Source: an uncultured Alphaproteobacteria bacterium (GTDB lineage: Bacteria > Pseudomonadota > Alphaproteobacteria > Methylaequorales > Methylaequoraceae). Taken from it: DNA of 64,000 nucleotides. Below, one piece after another: positions 28,194 to 37,406 of the stretch. The translations under genes and the position numbers were made by a program. The stretch spans positions 68,477-132,476 of the forward strand of contig CACIYM010000001.1 in assembly GCA_902590895.1 (NCBI GenBank). The letters are read 5' to 3'. The notes under the pieces were generated by a model. It did no database searches. It saw nothing but the letters and a program-made list of their open reading frames with translations, and was not told where the DNA came from. Each line of letters opens with the position of its first letter. Position 1 is the first letter of the stretch.

Positions 28194-28980
28194 CTGATAA
28201 CTTCTTAGTAACATCAATATCAGATTGCATCATTTTAGAACATCCATTAAATGCTTGTTGTGTTCTTAACATTAGTATAATTTCATCTGTGATATCTGTG
28301 TTAGATTTTTCTAAAAAACCGGCTTGAAGTTTTCCTAATGTTCCTTCCTTGGGAGCAGCAAATGTTGGAACTCCACTTTCTCCTGTCTCTTGAAATCTAG
28401 CACTACCGATATTTTGCAATCCAAATTCATTTACAAAGTCTGCAAGTGCAATTCTTCCTACAATATTTTTGGTATCTAATCCATATGTTGCTTCTATTGT
28501 ACCATCATTATCAACTTTAATTTCTGTTAGAATTGCTTCTCCATCATCGGTCGCAGATTTGAATGGTATATTAATTAATGCTTGTCCTTCGCCTAATAAA
28601 GGTAAACCATCTGTTGTAACTAGGTTTCCTTGTCTATCAAGTTGAAATGACCCATCTCTTGTGTAAGTTAATGCTTGATTTGCCAATTCTCTTCCGACAG
28701 GAGAACCTAATACAAAAAAACCTTCTCCCATAATTGCTAGGTCAAGACTACCATTTGTCTGTTGAAGGGAGCCTTGAGAGAAGTTTTGTCTTGGTTTAAT
28801 TGCTTTTACACCAATCCCTCTTGCAACTTCTTGAGATCTGTTATGATGGGAATGGTACATATCTTCAAATTGTGCCTCACTTTTTTTAAAACCATTAGTA
28901 CCAGCATTTGCAATGTTGTTAGATATTACTGCCAAATCCTTATTAGCTGCGTCTAAACCTGTTCTTAGTATGCTAAACAT
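28186..28980 (-). CDS. flgG: flagellar distal rod protein FlgG (or FlgG/FlgE-family paralog)
   Basis: 264 aa. NNIANAGTNGFKKSEAQFEDM, YTRDGSFQLDRQGNLVT and LEKSNTDITDEIILMLRTQQAF parallel E. coli FlgG. Confidence 0.65.
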   Translation of the reverse strand: MFSILRTGLDAANKDLAVISNNIANAGTNGFKKSEAQFEDMYHSHHNRSQEVARGIGVKAIKPRQNFSQGSLQQTNGSLDLAIMGEGFFVLGSPVGRELANQALTYTRDGSFQLDRQGNLVTTDGLPLLGEGQALINIPFKSATDDGEAILTEIKVDNDGTIEATYGLDTKNIVGRIALADFVNEFGLQNIGSARFQETGESGVPTFAAPKEGTLGKLQAGFLEKSNTDITDEIILMLRTQQAFNGCSKMMQSDIDVTKKLSAR

Positions 28981-28992
28981 AAATAGTTAAGA

Positions 28993-29007
28993 GCAATTTA
29001 TATGCCA
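28993..29007 (-). promoter_or_regulatory. sigma-54 promoter for flgG
   Basis: The minus strand reads TGGCAT-ATAAA-TTGC. The -12 C is only 12 nt from the ATG, so the predicted TSS lies 1 nt upstream of the start codon. Confidence 0.6.
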
Positions 29008-29051
29008 TTTTAAGTTGTTGATAATTTATTTTAATTGTATATTTAAATTTC

Positions 29052-29127
29052 GGGCGGATAGCTCAGCTGGGAGAGCAATTGCTCGACACGCAATAGGTCG
29101 CAGGTTCGATCCCTGTTCCGCCCACCA
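29052..29127 (+). tRNA. tRNA-Val (anticodon GAC)
   Basis: 76-nt canonical cloverleaf. Acceptor GGGCGGA/TCCGCCC. D arm GCTC-AGCTGGGA-GAGC. Anticodon stem ATTGC/GCAAT with loop TCGACAC. T-loop TTCGATC. Encoded CCA. Confidence 0.85.
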
Positions 29128-29138
29128 TTATTTTAATT

Positions 29139-30224
29139 ATGAAAAGAAGAAAATTTTTAAAAAAAACATTTACATCTGGTCTTGCAGCAGGAATAGCTAG
29201 CTCTGGTTTACTTTTCCCAAACATTGCTTCCTCTAAGAAAAAACACACCTGGGTTGCTGTTTCTGCATTTGACAAGGCTGGAATTTTAGGTAGAGCTTTT
29301 TCAAATATTTGTGATGAGATCACAAGGATTTCCAATGGGGCATTAAATATTCGACTCTTTCACGCTAATGAACTTGTAAGCGCTTTCGAATCTTTTGACG
29401 TTGTGCAAAGTGGAACCTGTCAGATGGGATTTGGTTCGCCTTATTACTGGGCTGGAAAATCTCCCTCAATCTCACTTTTATCTGGAATTCCATTTGGTAT
29501 GAATTATCAAGAAATGAGTTCATGGTTTTACAATGGAGGGGGGATAAAGCTAGCAGATGAGATATATAATCAATTTAATTTAAAATTTTTTCCAGCTGGA
29601 AATACAGGTAATCAAATGGGTGGATGGTTTAATAATAAAATTATCTTACCCTCTGATTTTAAAGGATTGAAGTTTAGAATGCCTGGACTAGGCGGAGAAG
29701 TATTAAAAAGTTTTGGTACAAATGTTGTTCTATTACCTGGTCCTGATGTAGTGCCTGCAATTTCATCAGGTACAATTGATGGCACAGAGTGGATTGGTCC
29801 TGCAGCTGATTTGGGTAAAGGTCTTCATAAAGTTTGTAAATATTATTATTATCCCGGTTGGCATGAACCAGGTACTTGTTTGGAAGCATTCATTAATCTA
29901 AACTCCTGGAACTTATTAGATAACGATTTAAAAAGATTAATAGAGGTTTGTTGTATGAAATCCAACTCTGCAATTGCCTCTGAATTTTTTGCCAGAAATA
30001 GTTTTGCTATTAAAAAGCTCAAAGATGAATATAAAGTAAATTTTGTAAAATATCCTAAAGATCTATTAAAATTATTAAATCAAAGATCTGACGAAGTTGT
30101 TCGGAATTATGCCAACAAAGACAAATTGGGAAAAAAAATACTTGATAGTATAATAACTTACAGAAAACTATTCATTTTTTGGTCTGATTATTCAGAAAAA
30201 AGTTTTCTTGAATCACGAGTTTAA
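29139..30224 (+). CDS. TRAP transporter substrate-binding protein (DctP family) with Tat signal
   Basis: 361 aa. Twin-arginine signal MKRRKFLKK. DctP-like body. Convergent with the dctQM-like genes. Confidence 0.75.
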   Translation: MKRRKFLKKTFTSGLAAGIASSGLLFPNIASSKKKHTWVAVSAFDKAGILGRAFSNICDEITRISNGALNIRLFHANELVSAFESFDVVQSGTCQMGFGSPYYWAGKSPSISLLSGIPFGMNYQEMSSWFYNGGGIKLADEIYNQFNLKFFPAGNTGNQMGGWFNNKIILPSDFKGLKFRMPGLGGEVLKSFGTNVVLLPGPDVVPAISSGTIDGTEWIGPAADLGKGLHKVCKYYYYPGWHEPGTCLEAFINLNSWNLLDNDLKRLIEVCCMKSNSAIASEFFARNSFAIKKLKDEYKVNFVKYPKDLLKLLNQRSDEVVRNYANKDKLGKKILDSIITYRKLFIFWSDYSEKSFLESRV

Positions 30225-31601
30225 TTACAGTTTATTAGGTAGCCAAGTAACTATTTCAGGAAATTTAAAAAGAATAAAAAGTGTAAATATTTGAATGCAA
30301 ATATAGGGAATTACGCCTGAATAAATTTCAGAGGTTTTTATTTCCTTCGGTGCTACTCCTCTTAAGTAAAAGAGAGCAAAACCAAATGGTGGTGTTAAAA
30401 AACTGGTTTGAAGATTTATGGCAAACATAATAGCCAGCCAAACTGGATCGTAACCCATGGAAATTAAAGACGGACCAACAATTGGAACAATCACAAAAAC
30501 AATTTGAAAAAAATCAAGAAAAAACCCAAGAACAAAAATTGTTAGCATAACTATGATTAAAGAATTTATTTTGGCACCAGGAATATCAGTCAAAAAGTTT
30601 TCAACCATCAAATCGCCACCAAAACCCCTAAAAACTAGAGAAAATAAAGAGGCTCCAAATAAAATGAAAAAAACCATCGAATTTATTTTTAGTGTTTCGA
30701 TGCAAACCAATTTAACGGTATCTTTATTAATTCCTCTTTTTACCGCGATAATCAAAGATCCTAATGCACCCAAAGAAGCAGACTCAGTTGGTGTTGCCAC
30801 TCCAAAAAGAATTGAGCCAAGTACTAAAACAATCAAAATAACTGGAGGTAAAATTGTTAAAAACAAGCTTTTTAAATTTACTTTTTCTGTTGAGTCTTTT
30901 TTTATTGGGAAGTTTTCTGGTTTGTAAATTGAGCAAAAAAATATCCAAATAGTGTACATTATTACTAGCAGTATTCCTGGTATAATAGCCCCAGCAAATA
31001 AATCTACACTACTAACAGGTGTTGGAGCTAGATCTCCAGTAATTTGTGATGCTTGCTCGTTTGCTCCTTGAAAAATATCGGCTAGTAATACCAAAACTAT
31101 AGAGGGTGGAATTATTTGCCCTAATGTTCCGCTAGCACAAATAATACCAGCAGAAATTTTTTTGTTGTAACTCCACTTAAGCATCAGAGGCAGACTTAAT
31201 ATTCCCATAGTCACAACAGTTGCGCCAACAATTCCTGTAGATGCAGCCATTAAAACTCCAACAATTAAAATAGAGTAGACTAAGCCACCTCTTATTTCAC
31301 CCCACATTTTACTCATATTCTCTAAAAGAGAAACGGCTATCCCAGATTTTTCCAACATAACACCCATAAAGATAAATAATGGCACAGCAATCAGAGTTTC
31401 ATTAGTAACCAACCCAAAAATTCTATTTGGTAAAACATTTAAAAGCACTATAGGAAACAAATCAACAAGGTAACCAACAAAACCAACAATTATTGCAGTT
31501 CCAGCTAGAGTTAATGAAACTGGATAACCTGCAAGAAGAAAAAATGCAAGAAGTACAAATAAAAGAGTTGCAAAAAACTCGTGACTAAATATATCAATCA
31601 T
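30225..31601 (-). CDS. TRAP transporter large permease (DctM family)
   Basis: 458 aa, polytopic membrane protein. Overlaps the small-permease gene. Confidence 0.8.
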   Translation of the reverse strand: MIDIFSHEFFATLLFVLLAFFLLAGYPVSLTLAGTAIIVGFVGYLVDLFPIVLLNVLPNRIFGLVTNETLIAVPLFIFMGVMLEKSGIAVSLLENMSKMWGEIRGGLVYSILIVGVLMAASTGIVGATVVTMGILSLPLMLKWSYNKKISAGIICASGTLGQIIPPSIVLVLLADIFQGANEQASQITGDLAPTPVSSVDLFAGAIIPGILLVIMYTIWIFFCSIYKPENFPIKKDSTEKVNLKSLFLTILPPVILIVLVLGSILFGVATPTESASLGALGSLIIAVKRGINKDTVKLVCIETLKINSMVFFILFGASLFSLVFRGFGGDLMVENFLTDIPGAKINSLIIVMLTIFVLGFFLDFFQIVFVIVPIVGPSLISMGYDPVWLAIMFAINLQTSFLTPPFGFALFYLRGVAPKEIKTSEIYSGVIPYICIQIFTLFILFKFPEIVTWLPNKL

Positions 31602-32088
31602 TTTTGTTAAAATAACTTAAGATTTGTCTGCAAATTTCAACAAGAAGCAAAATTCCTAGAAAAAAAATGAAAAATTTCAAAATGTATATATTTGGTAAAC
31701 CTCCACTTTCTTTTGAACCCTCATCTACGTTGTATGACCTTGTGAAATAATCCAATCCATTTACCAACAACAAATAAGTTAGAGGAATTCCAAAAATAAT
31801 TAAACCAATTAAGTTAATTAAATTCTTTTTTTTTTTATTAAAATTTCTATACAAAAGATCTATTCTTACATGATTATCCATTTTTAATGTATAGGAAACT
31901 CCTAATAAGATGAAAATTGCATGAATCCAAATGTAGAGGTCTTGAATCCAAATAAATCCAATAGAAAAAACGTATCTTAATACAACTGAAACAGAAACTA
32001 GTAAAATTAAAAAAAGAACAAGAAGTGAACTTATCACACCAATTTTTTCACTGAAAGTGCTAAGAATTTTGATAATAAATCTTGTCAT
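31594..32088 (-). CDS. TRAP transporter small permease (DctQ family)
   Basis: 164 aa with 4 TM helices. Immediately upstream of the DctM-like gene. Confidence 0.7.
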   Translation of the reverse strand: MTRFIIKILSTFSEKIGVISSLLVLFLILLVSVSVVLRYVFSIGFIWIQDLYIWIHAIFILLGVSYTLKMDNHVRIDLLYRNFNKKKKNLINLIGLIIFGIPLTYLLLVNGLDYFTRSYNVDEGSKESGGLPNIYILKFFIFFLGILLLVEICRQILSYFNKND

Positions 32089-32150
32089 TAAATGATATTA
32101 ATATATTTTCTATGATTGACAAATTTTTAGAATTAATTATTTTACAAACC

Positions 32151-32276
32151 ATGAAAGTATTAAGATCTATAAAGTCTGCTAAACAGCGTCACAGAGATTG
32201 CAGGGTTGTAAAGCGTAAAGGAAGACTTTATGTGATTAACAAAACCGACTCTCGTTTTAAGGCTAGACAAGGTTAG
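32151..32276 (+). CDS. rpmJ: 50S ribosomal protein L36 (Cys-poor, zinc-independent type)
   Basis: An internal Met of track ORF 32082..32276 gives [41 protein letters not shown] (41 aa), a typical alphaproteobacterial L36. Confidence 0.85.
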   Translation: MKVLRSIKSAKQRHRDCRVVKRKGRLYVINKTDSRFKARQG

Positions 32277-33688
32277 TTTATTTTTGCAATTCTTAAATTG
32301 TTTGTCGAACCCGACACTCCAATGGGGGCCCCAGCCGTAACAACAACATAGTCACCTTTTTTAACAATCCCTTCTTTTTTTGCGAGATCGCATGCATTTT
32401 CAATCATCCCCGAAAAACTTTTAGGCTCCAATGCATGAATTGTATGAACACCCCAAATTAAAGCTAGTTGTCTTGCGGTTATTCTATCAGGTGATAAACC
32501 TATGATTGGAACTGTTGGTCTTTCTCTTGCAGCTCTTTTGGCAGTTGCTCCAGACCTTGTGTAGGTAAAAATTGCTTTTGCTAAAACTGTTTTAACAACT
32601 TGTGAAGCGGCAGAGCTTATTGCATCAGAGGTTGTTTCCTCTAGTGTAATTTTTTTACTTTCTAAAATTTGTCTGTAAGAATTATCATTTTCAACTCCTC
32701 GAATAATTCTGTCCATTATTTGAACAGACTGAACTGGAAATTTACCTGATGCAGTTTCAGCTGATAACATCAAAGAATCAGCTGCATCAAAAACAGCAGT
32801 TGCAACGTCTGACGCTTCCGCTCTAGTTGGAGATGGAGAATTAATCATTGAATCGAGCATTTGAGTAGCAACAACAACTGGTTTTCCAAAATCTCTACAT
32901 GATTGGACAATCCTTTTTTGTATTATAGGAACTTCTTCAGGAGGCATTTCAACTCCAAGATCACCCCTAGCTACCATTGCGGCATCACAATGAAATAAAA
33001 TTTCATCCATTCTTTTAATTGCTAATGGTTTTTCAAATTTTGCCATCACACCTGTTTGACTTCCAATATGTTTCTTGAGATCAATTAAATCTTTTGCTTT
33101 TTGAACGAATGATAAAGCAACATAATCAAGACTTAGGTCTAAGCAAAATTCTAAATCTTTAATATCTTTTTTTGTTAGTGATGACATTTTTATAAAAACG
33201 TCTGGGATATTTACACCCTTCATATTTGAAATCTTTCCTCCATTGAGAACTTCGGTTGTTATTTTTTCTGAGTTTACCCCAACTATATTTAGTAAAATTT
33301 TTCCATCATCAATAAGTACTTTTGTATTTTTTTTTACAGATTTGAATATTTCAGGATGTGGGAGAAAAACACGTTTTTCATTTCCAGGCTTCGGATCTAA
33401 ATCAAGATCAAATTTTTGATTATTAACTAAGGTAACTGATTTTTTCTTAAAAGTTCCAATTCTAATTTTTGGACCTTGTAGATCACCAAGAATTGCTATT
33501 GGTCTTCCTAGTCTTTTCTCATATTGTCTTATGTGAAACACTCTTTTTCTGTGGTCGTTATGTGTACCATGGCTAAAATTCAATCTAAAAATATCAGCAC
33601 CTGCCTGAAATAAAGAGTGGATTTTTAAAGGTGAAGATGAACTTGGGCCTAATGTTGCGATAATTTTTGTGTTTCTTTTTCTTAACAT
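32273..33688 (-). CDS. pyk: pyruvate kinase
   Basis: 471 aa. [21 protein letters not shown] and ATQMLDSM motifs. Confidence 0.9.
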   Translation of the reverse strand: MLRKRNTKIIATLGPSSSSPLKIHSLFQAGADIFRLNFSHGTHNDHRKRVFHIRQYEKRLGRPIAILGDLQGPKIRIGTFKKKSVTLVNNQKFDLDLDPKPGNEKRVFLPHPEIFKSVKKNTKVLIDDGKILLNIVGVNSEKITTEVLNGGKISNMKGVNIPDVFIKMSSLTKKDIKDLEFCLDLSLDYVALSFVQKAKDLIDLKKHIGSQTGVMAKFEKPLAIKRMDEILFHCDAAMVARGDLGVEMPPEEVPIIQKRIVQSCRDFGKPVVVATQMLDSMINSPSPTRAEASDVATAVFDAADSLMLSAETASGKFPVQSVQIMDRIIRGVENDNSYRQILESKKITLEETTSDAISSAASQVVKTVLAKAIFTYTRSGATAKRAARERPTVPIIGLSPDRITARQLALIWGVHTIHALEPKSFSGMIENACDLAKKEGIVKKGDYVVVTAGAPIGVSGSTNNLRIAKIN

Positions 33689-33735
33689 AAGATAAGTTAA
33701 TAATATTGTAATTTAAGAGAATTGTAATCAAAAAT

Positions 33736-34470
33736 ATGAATGATGTTTATACAATAAAGGAATTTGAAAAAAAAAATAGAAAAAACCACTTAATTTTTAT
33801 TTGTGATCATGCATCAAATTTTATCCCAAAAAAATATAATTCACTGGGATTAAACAAAAAATATATGACATCTCACATAGCATACGATATTGGTGCAAGA
33901 GAATTTTGTATTAAAATAACTAAACTTTTAGAACAAAGTTGTTTTTTAGCAAATTTTTCTAGATTATTAATTGATCCTAACAGAGATGAAAATTCTAATG
34001 AGCTAATTTTGTCATCATCTGCAGGAATTAAAATACCAGGAAATTTAGAAATTAAGTGTGAGGAAAAAAAATTACGTTTAAAGAAATTTCATCAAGAATA
34101 CCATTGCAACTTAGCAAAGTTTGTGAAAAAGAAAAAAAAAAAATACAAAAAAATTTTTCTCATATCAATTCATACCTTTACAAAAAAAATTGGACACGTT
34201 AATAGAGGTATAGAAATTGGTCTTCTTTGGAATAAAAATATGAACTTATTAGTTCCAATTCAAAAAAAATTAATTGATAAAAATATTTTTTATGGAAGAA
34301 ACTTTCCATACTCTGGTTTTCATTTTAATTACACGTTGGATAGACACTCTAAGAATGGATTGATTGATAATATTTGTATAGAATTGAGAAACGATTTGAT
34401 TTGTTCAAAAAAAAGAATTAATAAATATATTGAAATATTTACTGATATATTTTCACTATTATTGAAATGA
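33736..34470 (+). CDS. N-formylglutamate amidohydrolase-family protein
   Basis: 244 aa. FICDHASNFIP resembles the FGase CEHAS..iP N-terminal motif. Followed by DUF1244, a pairing I recall from Alphaproteobacteria. Confidence 0.5.
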   Translation: MNDVYTIKEFEKKNRKNHLIFICDHASNFIPKKYNSLGLNKKYMTSHIAYDIGAREFCIKITKLLEQSCFLANFSRLLIDPNRDENSNELILSSSAGIKIPGNLEIKCEEKKLRLKKFHQEYHCNLAKFVKKKKKKYKKIFLISIHTFTKKIGHVNRGIEIGLLWNKNMNLLVPIQKKLIDKNIFYGRNFPYSGFHFNYTLDRHSKNGLIDNICIELRNDLICSKKRINKYIEIFTDIFSLLLK

Positions 34471-34724
34471 TTGAAGAAGAATTAAAAAAAAAGTTAGAGT
34501 CCGCAACATTTAAGAGGTTAGTCTCTCACTTGCAAAAAAATACAGATTTGCAGAATATTGATTTGATGAATTTGGCTGGTTTTTGCAGAAACTGTTTATC
34601 CAAATGGATGGTTGAGGAAGCTGAAAAAATGAATATTACTCTAGATTATGAAGAAGTGCGCTCGGACATTTATGGAATGCATTATTCAGAATGGAAAAAA
34701 AAATATCAAAAACCAATAAAGTAA
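34467..34724 (+). CDS. DUF1244-family small protein
   Basis: 85 aa with the GFCRNCLSKW motif. Confidence 0.5.
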   Translation: MIEEELKKKLESATFKRLVSHLQKNTDLQNIDLMNLAGFCRNCLSKWMVEEAEKMNITLDYEEVRSDIYGMHYSEWKKKYQKPIK

Positions 34725-35684
34725 ATGAATGTAGTCTTAACTGGTGCAGCAGGTTTTATTGGTTTTCACACTAGTTTAGCATTGCTAAAAAAAAAAATTT
34801 ACGTTTACGGTATTGATGACATTAATCCATATTATGATGTTTCTTTGAAAAGAGATAGGTTATCAATCCTAAGAAAATATAAAAACTTTTACTTCATAAA
34901 AAAAAAAATTGAAGATAAAAAAATCCATTCATTTTTTAATAAAAAGAAAATAGACGTAATCATCAATTTAGCTGCACAGGCAGGGGTAAGGCACTCATTA
35001 AAAAACCCTTATGTCTACATCGAATCTAATGTATTAGGACAAGTAAATATGCTTGAGCTGGCAAGACTATTCAACGTAAAAAAATTTATTTATGCCAGCT
35101 CATCATCTGTTTATGGGGGAAACAAGAATATGCCTTTTTCTGTTAGTCAACGCGTAGATAATCCAATTTCGTTGTATGCAGCCTCTAAAAAATCAACAGA
35201 ACTAGTAGCAGAATGTTATTCTCATTTATTTAATATCAAGTGTACAGGTCTAAGATTTTTTACAGTATATGGTCCGTGGGGAAGGCCCGATATGGCTACA
35301 TTTATTTTTACCAAAAATATTTTAGAGAATAAAACTATAGAAATCTTTAATTATGGAAAAATGGAGAGAGATTTTACGTATATTGACGATATAGTACAGG
35401 GAATTTTAGGAGCTTTAAAAAATAATAATGTTTCTAATCATAAAATCTATAATCTAGGTAATAGTAATCCTGAAGTATTGATGGAATTTGTTGAGCTTAT
35501 TGAAAAAACATTAAAATTAAATGCAAAAAAAAAGTTATTACCTATTCAACCTGGTGATGTTTCTAAAACATATGCTGATATAGAAGAAAGTAAAAAAGAT
35601 CTTAAGTTTTTCCCAAAAGTAAAAATCTCAGAAGGTATCCCAAAATTTATTCATTGGTATAAAAAATACTATAAGTTACCGTAA
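34725..35684 (+). CDS. NAD-dependent nucleotide-sugar epimerase (UDP-glucuronate 4-epimerase-like)
   Basis: 319 aa. TGAAGFIG Rossmann motif and YAASKKSTE (YxxxK). Confidence 0.7.
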   Translation: MNVVLTGAAGFIGFHTSLALLKKKIYVYGIDDINPYYDVSLKRDRLSILRKYKNFYFIKKKIEDKKIHSFFNKKKIDVIINLAAQAGVRHSLKNPYVYIESNVLGQVNMLELARLFNVKKFIYASSSSVYGGNKNMPFSVSQRVDNPISLYAASKKSTELVAECYSHLFNIKCTGLRFFTVYGPWGRPDMATFIFTKNILENKTIEIFNYGKMERDFTYIDDIVQGILGALKNNNVSNHKIYNLGNSNPEVLMEFVELIEKTLKLNAKKKLLPIQPGDVSKTYADIEESKKDLKFFPKVKISEGIPKFIHWYKKYYKLP

Positions 35685-37372
35685 AGTTTTCCAATCTCTT
35701 TTTTATAACGAAGGAAAATTTTTTTTTTTTTTAATTTCATCGTTTGTGTCATTAACCCGTTTTCATAAGTCGGTTCTAAATCCATAACGATAAATTTTCT
35801 TATTTTTTCAATTGAATTCAAATTACAATTTAAACTTTGAATTAACTTTTTTAGATCAGTTTTTTTATATTCGTCATTTAATTTTATTAAGGCAATAAGA
35901 AATGGCTTTCCATCTCCATAAACAATCGCTTGATTAATTTCATCGAAACTTAAAAGCATATTTTCTATTTTTTGAGACGAAATATTTTCTCCACCTGAGG
36001 TTACTATTAATTCTTTTTTTCTACCGGTGATTATAATCCTTCCTTGTTCGTCAATTTTTCCTAAGTCACCTGTGTGAAGCCACCCACTTTTTATTGTTTC
36101 ACTAGTTAATTTTTTGGATTTCCAATACCCTTGCATTAAATTTTCACCAGAAACAAGTATTTCTCCATTATTTGAAATTTTCACTTTAACACCTTTAACT
36201 GGTTGACCAACGGTATAGGGATCATTATTTTTTTTTCTATTACAACTAATTAATGGAGATGCTTCAGTTTGACCATATCCTTGTAACAATGAAATACTTA
36301 ATTTGTTAAAAAAAATACCGACATCTGGGTTTAGTGCTGCTCCACCAGATATTAAAACTTTTATTTTTTTCCCAAAAATCTGTAAAACTTTTTTTTTAAG
36401 AATATATTTCAAAAAAATAGTGACTAAAAATTTTTCAAAAAAGTTTATATTTTCCTTTGGATTGTTTTCTATTAATAGAAACGTTTTCTTTAAAAGATAA
36501 GAAACCAAAAAATTTGTTTTATTAATCTGAAATTTAATTTTTTTAAATATATTTTCATATAGTCTAGGAACCGCTGACAAGATTGTGGGTTTTACTTCTT
36601 TGATTTCTGAAAGTAATTTATCAGTTGTACTACAAAAATAAATTTCTGCACCAATCAAAATTGGAAAATATAAACCAGCCATCCTTTCATAAGAGTGTGA
36701 TAATGGTAAAAAAGAAAAAAATCTCTCATTTTTTAAATTAAAATCGTTTATAAGCTCTATTGCTCCCTGCAAATTGTGCATAATAGATTTGTGCGTAAGT
36801 ATTACACCTTTTGGGTTCCCAGTAGTTCCAGATGTATAAATTATTGACGAAATATCTTCCTTCTTTACTGTGATCTTTTTTATGTGTTTATCTTTATGAG
36901 ATGTTATTTCTTTATAATCTGTAAAATTTTCTGAAGGTTCTATTAAAACAATCTTAGTCTTAAATTTATTTAAGAATCTTTTATTTTTTTTAAAAACTTT
37001 TTCATCTTCAAGAACTATAAATTTGGGTTGGCAATCTTTAATGATAAATTCATTGTCAGTTGTGTTATTAGTAACAAAACTTGGAACTGTAACCCCTCCT
37101 GACATCATTATAGCTAAGTCAAACTCAACCCATTCAATTCTGTTGTTTGATAGTAAGAAAACTCGGTCACCTTTTTTAATTCTATTTTTTATTAAAAAAA
37201 AAGATATTTTTTTTATTCTTTTTGATGTTTCAATAAAATTGCTCGAATCCCAAATTTTCTCTTTCTTAAAAAAGACTTTTTTGTGTGGGGTTTTAGCTAA
37301 ATGATAATTGAATATTTCAAAAAGATTATTACAAGAATTTAAAATACTTGAAATTTCATTTTTTTTGTTCAT
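35669..37372 (-). CDS. long-chain acyl-CoA synthetase (AMP-binding family)
   Basis: 567 aa. YTSGTTGNPKGV and GWLHTGDLG motifs. Confidence 0.8.
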   Translation of the reverse strand: MNKKNEISSILNSCNNLFEIFNYHLAKTPHKKVFFKKEKIWDSSNFIETSKRIKKISFFLIKNRIKKGDRVFLLSNNRIEWVEFDLAIMMSGGVTVPSFVTNNTTDNEFIIKDCQPKFIVLEDEKVFKKNKRFLNKFKTKIVLIEPSENFTDYKEITSHKDKHIKKITVKKEDISSIIYTSGTTGNPKGVILTHKSIMHNLQGAIELINDFNLKNERFFSFLPLSHSYERMAGLYFPILIGAEIYFCSTTDKLLSEIKEVKPTILSAVPRLYENIFKKIKFQINKTNFLVSYLLKKTFLLIENNPKENINFFEKFLVTIFLKYILKKKVLQIFGKKIKVLISGGAALNPDVGIFFNKLSISLLQGYGQTEASPLISCNRKKNNDPYTVGQPVKGVKVKISNNGEILVSGENLMQGYWKSKKLTSETIKSGWLHTGDLGKIDEQGRIIITGRKKELIVTSGGENISSQKIENMLLSFDEINQAIVYGDGKPFLIALIKLNDEYKKTDLKKLIQSLNCNLNSIEKIRKFIVMDLEPTYENGLMTQTMKLKKKKIFLRYKKEIGKLYGNL

Positions 37373-37406
37373 TTTATTTTAATAAAAACTTTTATAATTT
37401 CTTACA

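Noticed and set aside
11076-29127. Flagellar block as a genomic island integrated at tRNA-Val
   Set aside because: I saw no integrase or recombinase. The left boundary (11076-11274) has no direct repeat of the tRNA 3' end. Base composition looks the same as the flanks. Lateral origin remains possible but is not supported by island hallmarks.
29015-29335. ORFs 29015-29200 (+) and 29063-29335 (-) overlapping tRNA-Val
   Set aside because: They span a canonical tRNA gene and the better-supported Tat-signal TRAP binding-protein gene.
32082-32150. N-terminal 23-aa extension of the ORF containing rpmJ
   Set aside because: L36 is a conserved 38-41-aa protein beginning MKV. The extension overlaps the dctQ start and the promoter region.
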